The notes under the pieces were generated by a model that saw nothing but the letters and a program-made list of their open reading frames with translations, did no database searches and was not told the DNA's origin. The position numbers and the translations under genes are program-made. Positions 18,790 through 29,441 of a stretch of 46,335 nt of DNA are shown piece after piece. This DNA is from a phage: the NCBI GenBank assembly GCA_033697325.1, contig GCA_033697325.1_4854.1. One strand, 5' to 3'. Each line of letters begins with the position of its first letter. The first letter of the stretch is position 1.

Positions 18790-19392
18790 TTAATCATCCA
18801 GTTTAACACCGGGAATCTTGCCTGCTGCGATGGCGTCGTAAATAATTTCGTATTCACTATAAACCCAGTTATCACCCTCATCAGCTTCCTTCTGCATTGC
18901 CTCTATTGCTGCATCTCGCTTTCTTTCTGTTTCTGAATGGGAAGGTCGCAGGAATCTAGCTTCAAAACAACCAAGTCCGTAGCTCATGCGAATAACTGCG
19001 GTATTCTCGACATGAGCAATCACCTCTCCACTTTCACCTTGACCGTACATTAACACTCCGTCAGGGTCTACAATTTCGCAGTGCATTCCAACTGGCGGCA
19101 GACCTTTGCCGTTCCGTGCTGAGTTTTGCGAAGCTGCGAGTGCTGCTTCGTATTGCTTGCGGGTTACGATGCACTCATGCCTGTCATCGGCGAGAATGTC
19201 AATGAATGGGTTGTGCCAATCACCGCTACCCCAATCACCGCCGTACCAGTCTGTTTTTTCTTTGTTCGTATAGACTCCGCTGTGAGAACTAAAGCAAATT
19301 TGAGAGTCAGAATCCTGTACGGCAACTTCAGCAAAATAAGGCCACCCACCACGCTTAGGTAATTCTTGAACTAACAGGTCGATAAGTTTCAT
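18790..19392 (-). CDS. Hypothetical protein (200 aa)
   Basis: SD ggagga; ATGA overlap with the upstream gene. Confidence 0.5.
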   Translation of the reverse strand: MKLIDLLVQELPKRGGWPYFAEVAVQDSDSQICFSSHSGVYTNKEKTDWYGGDWGSGDWHNPFIDILADDRHECIVTRKQYEAALAASQNSARNGKGLPPVGMHCEIVDPDGVLMYGQGESGEVIAHVENTAVIRMSYGLGCFEARFLRPSHSETERKRDAAIEAMQKEADEGDNWVYSEYEIIYDAIAAGKIPGVKLDD

Positions 19393-19598
19393 TTTGTTTC
19401 CTCCACAAACTCAAATTTTGATTCGAATTCCTTTCTGCCAATACAATATTCCATATAAGATTCATTGAACTTTATCATTGGATAGTCAGCAATCAGGATG
19501 TGATTTAACCCTACAGCGGTCACAATGAATCTTGCACCCTCATTCCAATAGTGATAGCTCTTGTAAATGCCACCAACAATTACCTTCTTGTTGCTCAT
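19389..19598 (-). CDS. Hypothetical protein (69 aa)
   Basis: SD gggaga; ATGA overlaps on both sides. Confidence 0.45.
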   Translation of the reverse strand: MSNKKVIVGGIYKSYHYWNEGARFIVTAVGLNHILIADYPMIKFNESYMEYCIGRKEFESKFEFVEETK

Positions 19599-19852
19599 TT
19601 TGTTTCTCCCAATGCTTTGTTGATTGCATCCTGTGCTGATTTAAGCTCTTCTGGGTATGCATCATTCCAGTTTTGCTTATACGCTTTGCTGAGCATTTTC
19701 TGCAAAGCCTCCAGAAGCTCAGGCGCTGCGGCGATGAGGTTGGCATTATCCTTATCGGTAACATCGCACACGAATTGGCCGCCTTTACTATAGACCCCAC
19801 CAAGTTCATCATCGTAATGCCACGACCCCGGGATTCCTTTAAACTCTTTCAT
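19595..19852 (-). CDS. Hypothetical protein (85 aa)
   Basis: SD gtgagg before ATG 19852. Confidence 0.45.
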   Translation of the reverse strand: MKEFKGIPGSWHYDDELGGVYSKGGQFVCDVTDKDNANLIAAAPELLEALQKMLSKAYKQNWNDAYPEELKSAQDAINKALGETK

Positions 19853-19858
19853 GCAACC

Positions 19859-20020
19859 TCACTTAATGTACTCAATAATCTCAACTTCGCGCATCTGCAC
19901 CAGCCCAAATGGCGCAACAACTTTACCGCACGGGAGGATTTTGATTTGCTCAAGACTGAACACTCCGCAGCGTCCGTTTTCTTTGAATTTGACCATTACC
20001 ATGACTTCTTCCTCACTCAT
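19859..20020 (-). CDS. Hypothetical small protein, nearly leaderless
   Basis: ATG about 6 nt downstream of the predicted transcription start of the promoter at 20033-20063. Confidence 0.3.
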   Translation of the reverse strand: MSEEEVMVMVKFKENGRCGVFSLEQIKILPCGKVVAPFGLVQMREVEIIEYIK

Positions 20021-20032
20021 AATTTGATGTAG

Positions 20033-20063
20033 ATACTATGCACCACCACTCAATCTACGTCAA
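20033..20063 (-). promoter_or_regulatory. Leftward promoter with motif pair
   Basis: Minus strand TTGACG, then 17-19 nt, then CATAGT or TAGTAT. Confidence 0.4.
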
Positions 20064-20546
20064 CATTTGTTTCCCATGATTGCTATGAAATCCAAACCGT
20101 CTCTCTGCGTTTTTTCTCGCTGACACCGCAGAATCCTTTGAATCAAATCCGCCAAGGTTAATGTGCTTCCCGTTAACCGTTATCCTTGCAACCCACTTGC
20201 GTCTACTCTTGCACCAATGAACACCAGTCACTCCTGACGTATTCATTCTGTGTGTCTTTTGATTTTTCTGGTTTTCAGCGTGACTCACCAGTCTTAAATT
20301 CTCAATCCTGTTATCAAGCCTGTTATGGTTTATGTGGTCAATCTCCATGCCTTCAGGTATCGGGCCGTTATGCATTTCCCATATGATTCTGTGTGCAAGA
20401 TAGCGCTTACGATTATAGCGAACAATCCTGTATCCGAAATTTGTTACAGAGCCAGCAATGTCTCCGGCTTTTTTAGACGCTAGTGGAGGCATCCTCCATA
20501 GCAGATTGATGCCGTCATAATAGAAAACATCACTCCAATCTTTCAT
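20055..20546 (-). CDS. HNH homing endonuclease with AP2-type DNA-binding domain
   Basis: IDHINHNRLDNRIENLRLVSHAENQ HNH motif; C-terminal GVHWCKSRRKWVARITVNGKHINLGGF AP2-like. SD gggag. Confidence 0.75.
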   Translation of the reverse strand: MKDWSDVFYYDGINLLWRMPPLASKKAGDIAGSVTNFGYRIVRYNRKRYLAHRIIWEMHNGPIPEGMEIDHINHNRLDNRIENLRLVSHAENQKNQKTHRMNTSGVTGVHWCKSRRKWVARITVNGKHINLGGFDSKDSAVSARKNAERRFGFHSNHGKQMLT

Positions 20547-20574
20547 GTTGACTACTCCCAATATCCATACCTTC

Positions 20575-20603
20575 AATCTACATCACCAACTTATCTACGT
20601 CAA
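20575..20603 (-). promoter_or_regulatory. Leftward promoter for the HNH gene
   Basis: Minus strand TTGACG, 17-nt spacer, TAGATT; two motif copies. Confidence 0.5.
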
Positions 20604-20620
20604 CACCATTGTGGTAGAAT
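20598..20620 (+). promoter_or_regulatory. Putative rightward promoter for the lysis cassette (divergent from HNH promoter)
   Basis: TAGAAT -10 at 20615-20620, 27 nt upstream of the SD ggacaggagg. Confidence 0.3.
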
Positions 20621-20646
20621 TAATCATTATTTGGACAGGAGGCAGA

Positions 20647-20925
20647 ATGAAACTATCGCAACGCGGCAAAGAGACCTTTGGAATCACCGATGCCGTGGAT
20701 ATATCGCCTTACATCACCACCGAGACGACACAGAATCAGTTCGACGCGCTAACAAGCCTCGCCGCCGACATTGGCATTGACGCTTTCCGCAAATCAACGC
20801 TTCTTAAGAAACACAATCTACGCTGCTTCTCATGTGCTGTTGCGCATTTCATTGTGTGGGGAGAGAAGACTGGCGATAAAGCAAAACGCAGAACTGAAAA
20901 AGAGGTTTACTGGTATGGCTATTAG
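20647..20925 (+). CDS. GH24 (P22 gp19 / T4 e-type) lysozyme remnant lacking the catalytic core
   Basis: MKLSQRG... then TQNQFDALTSLAADIGIDAFRKSTLLKKHNL matches the N-terminus and C-terminal half of P22-type lysozyme, with about 50 aa of the catalytic region missing. Strong SD. Confidence 0.5.
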   Translation: MKLSQRGKETFGITDAVDISPYITTETTQNQFDALTSLAADIGIDAFRKSTLLKKHNLRCFSCAVAHFIVWGEKTGDKAKRRTEKEVYWYGY

Positions 20926-21379
20926 CAAAAACATGAAGGCATTTCTGGATATGCTGGCGTACAGCGAGGGCACGGATAACGGGCGACAGAAAACCAATAA
21001 TCATGGTTATGATGTGATTGTCGGTGGCTCTCTGTTTACTGATTATGCAGACCACCCACGCAAGCTGATTAGCCTCCCAAAGCTGGGTATCAAGTCCACT
21101 GCCGCCGGTCGCTATCAGGTGCTGGCTAAGTTTTATGATGCGTACAAAAAGCAACTGCGCCTGCCTGACTTCTCTCCTGCATCGCAGGATGCTATTGCAA
21201 TGCAGCTAATCCGCGAATGCAAAGCCACTGCCGACATCGAGGCTGGTCGCATTGCTGATGCCATCCATAAATGCCGTTCTCGCTGGGCTTCACTGCCGGG
21301 CGCTGGCTATGGTCAGCATGAGCAGAAGCTGGATAAGCTGATTGATGTGTATAAGGCCGCTGGTGGTGCTGTGGCATGA
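20915..21379 (+). CDS. Endolysin, lambda R-type lytic transglycosylase
   Basis: KAFLDMLAYSEGTDNGRQKTNNHGYDVIVGG...WASLPGAGYGQHE is near-collinear with lambda R as recalled from memory. Confidence 0.85.
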   Translation: MAISKNMKAFLDMLAYSEGTDNGRQKTNNHGYDVIVGGSLFTDYADHPRKLISLPKLGIKSTAAGRYQVLAKFYDAYKKQLRLPDFSPASQDAIAMQLIRECKATADIEAGRIADAIHKCRSRWASLPGAGYGQHEQKLDKLIDVYKAAGGAVA

Positions 21380-21612
21380 AAAAGCTAAGCAACTGGCTGC
21401 TTGGGGCGTGGATTTCATTCTGTTCGCTGTTGCAGCTGTGGCCTGATGCAATGATGCATGTATGGGTAATGATGCCGGATGACCTGAAAGCGGCGCTACC
21501 GCCAGTCGTGGTGAAAGGTGTGAGCTATTCAATCATGCTGGTTGGAGTTCTCGGCAAGATGCACGGCATGAGGAAGGAAAACCGGAGGCTGCGCGATGAT
21601 GGCAAAAGCTAA
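21376..21612 (+). CDS. Small membrane protein in lysis cassette (possible holin or antiholin)
   Basis: 78 aa with two hydrophobic segments; ATGA overlap with the endolysin stop. Confidence 0.4.
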   Translation: MKKLSNWLLGAWISFCSLLQLWPDAMMHVWVMMPDDLKAALPPVVVKGVSYSIMLVGVLGKMHGMRKENRRLRDDGKS

Positions 21613-21985
21613 ATTAATTATAATTCTGCTATTGACCGGTATTGCTATTGGCTCGCTATCATTTGGCGCTGGCTACCTGAAGGGATGGTATGCTCATAGT
21701 GATAAGGTCAATCTTGATGCCGCCAAGCGCAAACAGAACGCGGAGAATAAACAGGCAAAGTCAACCGCGCAATCACAACAGGTGCGCGTGGTGACGGAAA
21801 CTAAATACAAAACCATTTATCGAGATGTGGTGAAATATGTCTCTGACCCGAATCGTACCATTTGCACTTTTGATGATAACTATATCCGGTTGCGCCAATC
21901 AACTCTCAACGCAGACTCAGCCGTCAGCAGAAATGCTGGGGGAGGTGTGCGAATTATCAAAAGTGGCACCGAAAAACAGCGATGA
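21596..21985 (+). CDS. i-spanin (Rz/LysB-like)
   Basis: N-terminal TM helix LIIILLLTGIAIG followed by a charged coiled-coil region; position after endolysin. Confidence 0.55.
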   Translation: MMAKAKLIIILLLTGIAIGSLSFGAGYLKGWYAHSDKVNLDAAKRKQNAENKQAKSTAQSQQVRVVTETKYKTIYRDVVKYVSDPNRTICTFDDNYIRLRQSTLNADSAVSRNAGGGVRIIKSGTEKQR

Positions 21986-22082
21986 GAGCATCGTTATAGA
22001 AAACCAGAATACGGAGTGCGCCACCAAAAGGAAGATGACTATTTACGATTGGCAGGAATGGTATCGTGATAACTTCCAATAA
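21837..22082 (+). CDS. o-spanin (Rz1/LysC-like lipoprotein), overlapping the i-spanin in another frame
   Basis: Signal peptide with lipobox ITISGC; starts inside and extends beyond the i-spanin gene. Confidence 0.55.
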   Translation: MSLTRIVPFALLMITISGCANQLSTQTQPSAEMLGEVCELSKVAPKNSDESIVIENQNTECATKRKMTIYDWQEWYRDNFQ

Positions 22083-22110
22083 AAAAGCCCCGTAATGGGG
22101 CTTTTGTTTT
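22082..22110. terminator. Bidirectional intrinsic terminator
   Basis: A-run, gcccc-gtaat-ggggc hairpin, T-run. Confidence 0.7.
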
Positions 22111-22303
22111 ATGTGAGACTAATAGGATTTAGTTTATCGATAAATACATCGAATTTAACCCATGTTTGGATGTTTCTTCCGTTAGATAAGTGAATCTCGC
22201 ACCCATCACGCCCAGCAAGAGGAGTCACATCTACGATATGTGCCGAGTTTACAATAATTGCCCTGTCTTCAGTTGTAGGCCAAATGGTTAAAAACTCATT
22301 CAT
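22109..22303 (-). CDS. Hypothetical protein (64 aa)
   Basis: SD gaggg before ATG 22303. Confidence 0.45.
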   Translation of the reverse strand: MNEFLTIWPTTEDRAIIVNSAHIVDVTPLAGRDGCEIHLSNGRNIQTWVKFDVFIDKLNPISLT

Positions 22304-22413
22304 AAAGTGCCCTCATTTTATAGCCAAACATCTGCGCATTCTCATGCTCAACGCTACCAGAAAACACCAGATAGCGACGACCACGATTATCCGTAACGAT
22401 GTAGGCGGACGGC

Positions 22414-22722
22414 TCACTCTGCTGGCAATGTTGTTGGCTCATCAACAGATTCCTCGACCGCAGCTTCAACGATGCGCACCAAAGAACACTCAAGGTTCGG
22501 CGCATTATAATTGCCAGCCAGAAACAGCACGCTACCAGTGCTAATCAGCACCTGCTTTGCGTTCGCCTGAGACAGATTCTGCACGATGAATTGCGCTATC
22601 TCGGTGCCGATTTTCAGCACTGCGCTGCCGTCGCTGTTCAGTGATACCAGTTGTGCGGATGTGTCAGTAATGTTGGTGTAGTTCGCGTTTCGTTGCGCGA
22701 TTGTGATGTCGCAGAATGACAT
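22414..22722 (-). CDS. Hypothetical protein (102 aa)
   Basis: SD ggagag; stop/start overlap with the upstream gene. Confidence 0.45.
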   Translation of the reverse strand: MSFCDITIAQRNANYTNITDTSAQLVSLNSDGSAVLKIGTEIAQFIVQNLSQANAKQVLISTGSVLFLAGNYNAPNLECSLVRIVEAAVEESVDEPTTLPAE

Positions 22723-23213
22723 TATTTAATCTCTCCATTCAGTTCATTAACAATTAACGTCGCATAGCCAGCAATATCTTTCCAGCTATCATCATAAGTC
22801 GGGTCGCCATTCAGAATGCGCCCAATCTTGTGCTGAATCATATCGAGTGCCTCGCGTTGGCTTGGTGTGAGATTGTGCCAGCCATCCACTTCGCGCATGA
22901 CGAATTTTAGTTCCTGCATGATGGCTGCGCCATCTTTGAATTTGCCATAGCGGCTACCGCGCTCGGTAATGAGTTGCTCTGTTGCATCCGATTCCGGCGC
23001 GCCAATGCAATCGTTGAGGTCTTGTTCGTCATTCACCGGTATGCGAATAGCAATTACGATATCTCCAGCACCTTCGATGGTGCTGACTTTTCCTACGTAA
23101 TAGTGACCCAGGTAGTAAATTATACCTGTGAGTCCTGACTTAACTACGACGGAAGCCGTTTTATGACCATCAAAATCCTTCTCGCAACCCTTCAGATATT
23201 CCCAATTACTCAT
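22722..23213 (-). CDS. Hypothetical protein (about 163 aa)
   Basis: ATG 23213 with SD ggaga; no family recognised by eye. Confidence 0.5.
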   Translation of the reverse strand: MSNWEYLKGCEKDFDGHKTASVVVKSGLTGIIYYLGHYYVGKVSTIEGAGDIVIAIRIPVNDEQDLNDCIGAPESDATEQLITERGSRYGKFKDGAAIMQELKFVMREVDGWHNLTPSQREALDMIQHKIGRILNGDPTYDDSWKDIAGYATLIVNELNGEIK

Positions 23214-23225
23214 CACTTTCTCCAC

Positions 23226-23435
23226 TTAATCATTTTCGCGTCGCGGCATTGTGACGCGGTTGTATTCATCAACATTAAAATTGGCCCGAATCAAATCATA
23301 CATATCATCCTTTGGCATATCAGCCAGCGCCACATAGCAGCGGGCAAAGTAGCGAACATCACGGAGTGTTAGCGGCTGCCGCTTCTCCACAATACTGGTG
23401 ATAATGTCCATCGGTTCGCGTCGTGGTCTTGGCAT
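23226..23435 (-). CDS. Hypothetical protein (69 aa)
   Basis: SD aaggag before ATG 23435. Confidence 0.45.
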   Translation of the reverse strand: MPRPRREPMDIITSIVEKRQPLTLRDVRYFARCYVALADMPKDDMYDLIRANFNVDEYNRVTMPRREND

Positions 23436-23463
23436 ATTTACTACTCCTTCTCGAAAAACATCT

Positions 23464-23506
23464 TGACGTTTCTACATCACTTAGTCAATACTTATTGATG
23501 TAGATT
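23464..23506. promoter_or_regulatory. Divergent regulatory region with inverted motif pair
   Basis: TTGACG at 23464, tctacatca at 23471-23479, gatgtagatt at 23497-23506; lies between leftward and rightward operons. Confidence 0.35.
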
Positions 23507-23534
23507 GTACCACAACGGAAAAGGTGATGTGGAA

Positions 23535-23732
23535 ATGAGATACAAAGAAATAGCAGCGAGATATCAGAAAGAGGTGCGCGAGGTTATGGAAATCCTTAAC
23601 GTTCGCGAGGATACCATTAAGTTTGTGGAAACTGCCATGTGTTCACTGGCGCTTGAAGCGGAGGTTGCTGGTCGTGAAAAAGCTGACGAACTTATATCTG
23701 CGGTGGTTTATAGTTCAACCAGTAACGGTTGA
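23535..23732 (+). CDS. Hypothetical protein
   Basis: ATG with SD aggtga. Confidence 0.4.
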   Translation: MRYKEIAARYQKEVREVMEILNVREDTIKFVETAMCSLALEAEVAGREKADELISAVVYSSTSNG

Positions 23733-23792
23733 AGATGAAGGTTACCTGTGCGTTGAGCACGTTGTTATTAAATTCTACGGGAGAAATTATAA

Positions 23793-23987
23793 ATGGCGCA
23801 TGACGAACTGTACGAAGAGTCGCTAATCCAGCGACTGAATGAAGTTGATCGTACTCGCGAATGGCTGGAATGTGAGTTGCGGGAAGTGCGCAACAGACTG
23901 CAACGCAAACGCAGCCAGCAAAAAGACGTTATCGACTGGTCAGGTGATACGCCTAAATTTAACAACTTGGGAGAATGGATAAAATGA
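23793..23987 (+). CDS. Hypothetical protein (64 aa)
   Basis: SD gggaga before ATG 23793. Confidence 0.45.
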   Translation: MAHDELYEESLIQRLNEVDRTREWLECELREVRNRLQRKRSQQKDVIDWSGDTPKFNNLGEWIK

Positions 23988-24235
23988 GCGCACCACATAT
24001 GCCGATGATGAATGAACAGGGATTCTTGAGCTGCCCATTCTGTGGTTGTGATGATGTTGGTATTGCCATAGATGAGGATGGGTGGGAATACATAGAATGC
24101 GGAGATTGCTATTGCCGCACAGACGCATTCCGTAACAGAGAGCTAATGACTAAGTCATGGAACACAAGAGGTGGACACCTCTACACCGCAGAAGACTTCA
24201 ATCAGGCAGCAGGGGAACGCGTTCATGGACTATAA
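23984..24235 (+). CDS. Lar-family restriction alleviation protein homolog (intact paralog)
   Basis: SCPFCGCDD...YIECGDCYCRTDAFRNRELMTKSWNTR shows the Lar-like zinc-ribbon pattern; ATGA coupling. Confidence 0.6.
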   Translation: MSAPHMPMMNEQGFLSCPFCGCDDVGIAIDEDGWEYIECGDCYCRTDAFRNRELMTKSWNTRGGHLYTAEDFNQAAGERVHGL

Positions 24236-24713
24236 ATCACAAATCATGCACGTGATTATGATGCATCCCGGCGCAACGCGCGCATATATTGAAAAGCATT
24301 GCGGCGGCAAGCATTCAAGCACAACTACGCATCGTTTGCACGAGATGCTTGCGCTTGGCTTCATTCGGCGCGAGAGGTCAGTGATTCGTGGTGGTAAGTG
24401 GCAGTATAAATATTTCATCTCTGATGATGCCGCAGGCATTGATGATGCAATTAAGTGTTATTTGCTTGATAACGCTGGCGCAGAGGTGAAAGAGATTAGC
24501 ACCGTCACTGGCATTGATTATCGCATCGTGAAAAGCCGCATCCGCATTATGTTTCATAACGGCGACGTGACGCGAAGCTATGACCATCATAAGAAGCTGT
24601 GGCGCTACACATGGAAGGAGCAGGAAGTGAATATGAGCAATCTGTTTAATTCACTTCTTCGCAACGCAAGAGGTCATCATGGGGAAAGCGAAACGCAAGA
24701 AGCAAGAATATGA
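24225..24713 (+). CDS. Hypothetical protein (possible winged-helix DNA-binding)
   Basis: ORF of 162 aa; SD agggga. Confidence 0.45.
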   Translation: MDYKSQIMHVIMMHPGATRAYIEKHCGGKHSSTTTHRLHEMLALGFIRRERSVIRGGKWQYKYFISDDAAGIDDAIKCYLLDNAGAEVKEISTVTGIDYRIVKSRIRIMFHNGDVTRSYDHHKKLWRYTWKEQEVNMSNLFNSLLRNARGHHGESETQEARI

Positions 24714-24838
24714 ACCACTTCCGCCATGCGAAATGTCAGGAATTCCGCAACAGGAGGATGTGATTCTCACCGAAGCTGAATGGCGCAAGGTGGCAAGGGT
24801 GCAAATCATGTTCCGAAAACTTGCTGAGGACGTACTAA

Positions 24839-25351
24839 ATGAGATGGGCTATTAAGCATAAATCTGGCAGAACTCTGTTTGTAACATCGGATGAGTTTAT
24901 TGCCAATAACCGTAGAAAGATGGACTGGATAGTGGAGGAAGTGAAAATGACGAGCAGAGAGCAGTTTGAAGCAAGTTGGTTGCGACGCGGTGGTGAGACA
25001 TCAGACCTTGTCCGTTACCCTGAAAATCACCATGAGGCTGGAAGTGGTAACGTTGGCGGTCAGTACGTACTTGATGATGTACAAGGTCACTGGCAAACGT
25101 GGCAGGCATCACGCGCGGCGATTGAGATTGAGTTGCTTGCCGATAAGCGAAGGATGGACTGGCTGGTATCTAAAGCGGTTAATGTCAGAGAACCAATGGT
25201 TTATGGAAGTCACAGCATGTTTTGGTCTCAAGCCATCACGGATGAAGAAGATGATTATTACGTAACTAAACTACGTGAACAAATCGACGTAGCTATGGAA
25301 TCTGAGAAGCAATCCTCACATCTTGAATCCGTATTAAAGGTGAAAAAATGA
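24839..25351 (+). CDS. Hypothetical protein
   Basis: ORF of 170 aa; SD gagga; internal repeat MDWIVEE / MDWLVSK. Confidence 0.5.
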   Translation: MRWAIKHKSGRTLFVTSDEFIANNRRKMDWIVEEVKMTSREQFEASWLRRGGETSDLVRYPENHHEAGSGNVGGQYVLDDVQGHWQTWQASRAAIEIELLADKRRMDWLVSKAVNVREPMVYGSHSMFWSQAITDEEDDYYVTKLREQIDVAMESEKQSSHLESVLKVKK

Positions 25352-25674
25352 TCATCCCATTAAACGACATTATGAAGGCAGACATCATTCAACTCGAAGA
25401 TTATGATATGCAACTGGCGTTTGAAATCGAAACCGTTGAGCGGCAACTGCAATATGCTGACAAGAAGAATGACCGCGTATGGCATGAGAAAGCACTTAAG
25501 GCGCGCGACCACATGAAGCGCACGCGAGCACTTATTAAAACTCGTCTGGATAAGCTGTATTACGGCGAAGAAAGGATGCTTCACGGGGCGATTCTTGCGC
25601 AAATACGCAAGGAAATGCCTATTGGCAAGTTCATGTCATATGTTCATCGCGCAAAACAGGAGGCTGGGTTATGA
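25348..25674 (+). CDS. Hypothetical protein
   Basis: ORF of 108 aa; ATGA coupling. Confidence 0.5.
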   Translation: MIIPLNDIMKADIIQLEDYDMQLAFEIETVERQLQYADKKNDRVWHEKALKARDHMKRTRALIKTRLDKLYYGEERMLHGAILAQIRKEMPIGKFMSYVHRAKQEAGL

Positions 25675-25859
25675 GTGAGCCAAAATTTCCAGAGCTGCCT
25701 GTTGAGGTTCAGGTTGCATTGATTAATGCAGCAAGTGCAATGGCGACAAAGAAGATTGAGGCAATAGGCAGTGATTACAACAGGAACATAGACTGGTTTC
25801 AGAGGGAGTATCAAAAAATCTGCGACGCACTCTACAAAGAAAACAGGGGTAGACCATGA
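25671..25859 (+). CDS. Hypothetical protein
   Basis: ORF of 62 aa; ATGA coupling. Confidence 0.4.
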   Translation: MSEPKFPELPVEVQVALINAASAMATKKIEAIGSDYNRNIDWFQREYQKICDALYKENRGRP

Positions 25860-26196
25860 TTCCATTAGTGTGGATATTATCAGCCTACGCATTCGCGAGG
25901 GTATTTGAGGCTGACACTCTGTACCAGGTGATTTGCTATGGCGTTCTGTTCTGCCTTTCAGGCGCTGCGATCGCATTTATGGATGATGTGATTTCAGACT
26001 AACTCCGTATATCTTTTGTTCATCATGGGCTGCTATCATTTAATCAGGAGGTAGCCCATGAATATAATCCCTATCACTTACTTTCTCACGCTATACGCAC
26101 TCACCGACTCGCCATTATTTGCGCTAGCTACCGCCTCATGGTGCTATATCTCCCTGTGTTATAATTCGACCACAAACTAACCGTGGAGAGTTAACC

Positions 26197-28076
<1,880 letters not shown>

Positions 28077-28078
28077 TA

Positions 28079-29149
28079 ATGGAAAAGATTATTTTTACCA
28101 AAGATTTGGTAGCCAACTCCGCAGTAGTGGCTGACCAGTGGAAACATCTCACCATCGACCGTAAAGTGTTCTGCAACGCAGAAGCTGAACTGGCGAAAAC
28201 CTACGGTGTTAACGCCACCGCACTGGTAACGAAAGATTACTGGCGCGACGTGGATAACGTTACCACCCGCGTTTTCCGCAACGAAGCTGGTCAGGACATG
28301 ATGGCTGACCTGATGGGTATCGCGGCAAACATCAACATCGGCAAGACTGTGGCAATCAGCCGCATCGCTTCCGATGCTGGTAAGGTCGTCCGCACCCTGT
28401 CTGGTCAGGAGCCGGAAGATTTGGATAAAACTCGCTACGATTACACTGGCGATGTGATTCCAATCTTCAAAACTGGCTACAGCCGCGAATGGCGCGAACT
28501 GCTGGGTATGCAATCTGAAGGTTTTGACCCGCTGCTGGACGATCAGGCCAACGTCACCTTCAACCTGCGTTCCGATATGGCGCAGTATCTGTTGACTGGC
28601 GACCAGACTCTAAACGTGAATGGCGTTTACACTGGTTACGGCATCACTAACCACCCGAACACCGTTCAGGTTAACCTGAGCACTTCACCAGGCCTGAATA
28701 TCGACCTGCAAACCGCAACGCCTGACCAAATCGTGACCTTCTTCAATCAGGATTTCCAGGCTATTCTGGATGCGCAGAACGTATTTGAGCAGGTGACTCT
28801 GTGGGTTTCCCCGGCAGTACGTCGCAGCTTCATGCGTCCGTATTCTAACGCAGCTGGCTTCAAAGGCGGCACGGTTGAGCAGTACATCACTCAGTTCGGC
28901 AATGGTCGCATCGGTAAGATTGGCACCAACTTCCTGCTGACTGGTAACCATTTCGTTGGCTACGTTCGCAACGACATGTACATCCGTCCGCGTGTTGCTC
29001 AGCCTGTTTCCACCTATGCGGCAGCCCGCGTCAACCCGCACGATAACTTTAACTTTATGGTATGGTCTGCTTACGGAATCCAGATACGCAAGGATTTCGC
29101 TGGTCGTTCGAAAGTATTTAACGGCTATGGGACGCAACCCCCGCTGTAA
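28079..29149 (+). CDS. Major capsid protein
   Basis: 356 aa, position and composition consistent with an HK97-fold major capsid protein; followed by a strong terminator. Confidence 0.7.
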   Translation: MEKIIFTKDLVANSAVVADQWKHLTIDRKVFCNAEAELAKTYGVNATALVTKDYWRDVDNVTTRVFRNEAGQDMMADLMGIAANINIGKTVAISRIASDAGKVVRTLSGQEPEDLDKTRYDYTGDVIPIFKTGYSREWRELLGMQSEGFDPLLDDQANVTFNLRSDMAQYLLTGDQTLNVNGVYTGYGITNHPNTVQVNLSTSPGLNIDLQTATPDQIVTFFNQDFQAILDAQNVFEQVTLWVSPAVRRSFMRPYSNAAGFKGGTVEQYITQFGNGRIGKIGTNFLLTGNHFVGYVRNDMYIRPRVAQPVSTYAAARVNPHDNFNFMVWSAYGIQIRKDFAGRSKVFNGYGTQPPL

Positions 29150-29150
29150 T

Positions 29151-29177
29151 AAAAAAAGGGGCGAAAGCCCCTTTGTG
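29151..29177 (+). terminator. Intrinsic terminator after major capsid gene
   Basis: A7 run, gggg-cgaaag-cccc hairpin, tttgtg. Confidence 0.65.
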
Positions 29178-29192
29178 AATTTGAGGTGAATA

Positions 29193-29414
29193 ATGGCTAA
29201 ATACGAAGTCATCGCTCGCGGAATCTTTGTTAAAGAGAAAGGCAAGATTCGTGAATTGCAGCTTGGCGAGGTGATTACCGAACCAGACGAGCATCTGCTG
29301 CCAAAACTGCGCATCATGCCTGACCTGCCAAAGACGTTTGAGGTTGCCACGCATACAAAAGAAGGTGACAGCAAACAAAAACGCCGTCGTCACGCAGGTA
29401 GCGAAGATGAATAA
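29193..29414 (+). CDS. Hypothetical protein (73 aa)
   Basis: SD gaggtga before ATG 29193. Confidence 0.45.
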   Translation: MAKYEVIARGIFVKEKGKIRELQLGEVITEPDEHLLPKLRIMPDLPKTFEVATHTKEGDSKQKRRRHAGSEDE

Positions 29415-29417
29415 ATA

Positions 29418-29440
29418 AAGCCCTCGATTGAGGGCTTGTC
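29418..29440. terminator. Bidirectional intrinsic terminator
   Basis: aagccctc-gatt-gagggctt hairpin; T-rich on the minus strand after the PP-loop gene stop. Confidence 0.55.
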
Positions 29441-29441
29441 A

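Noticed and set aside
28685-29374. 229-aa minus-strand ORF
   Set aside because: Entirely antisense to the major capsid gene, Ser/Arg-rich low-complexity translation, no start context.
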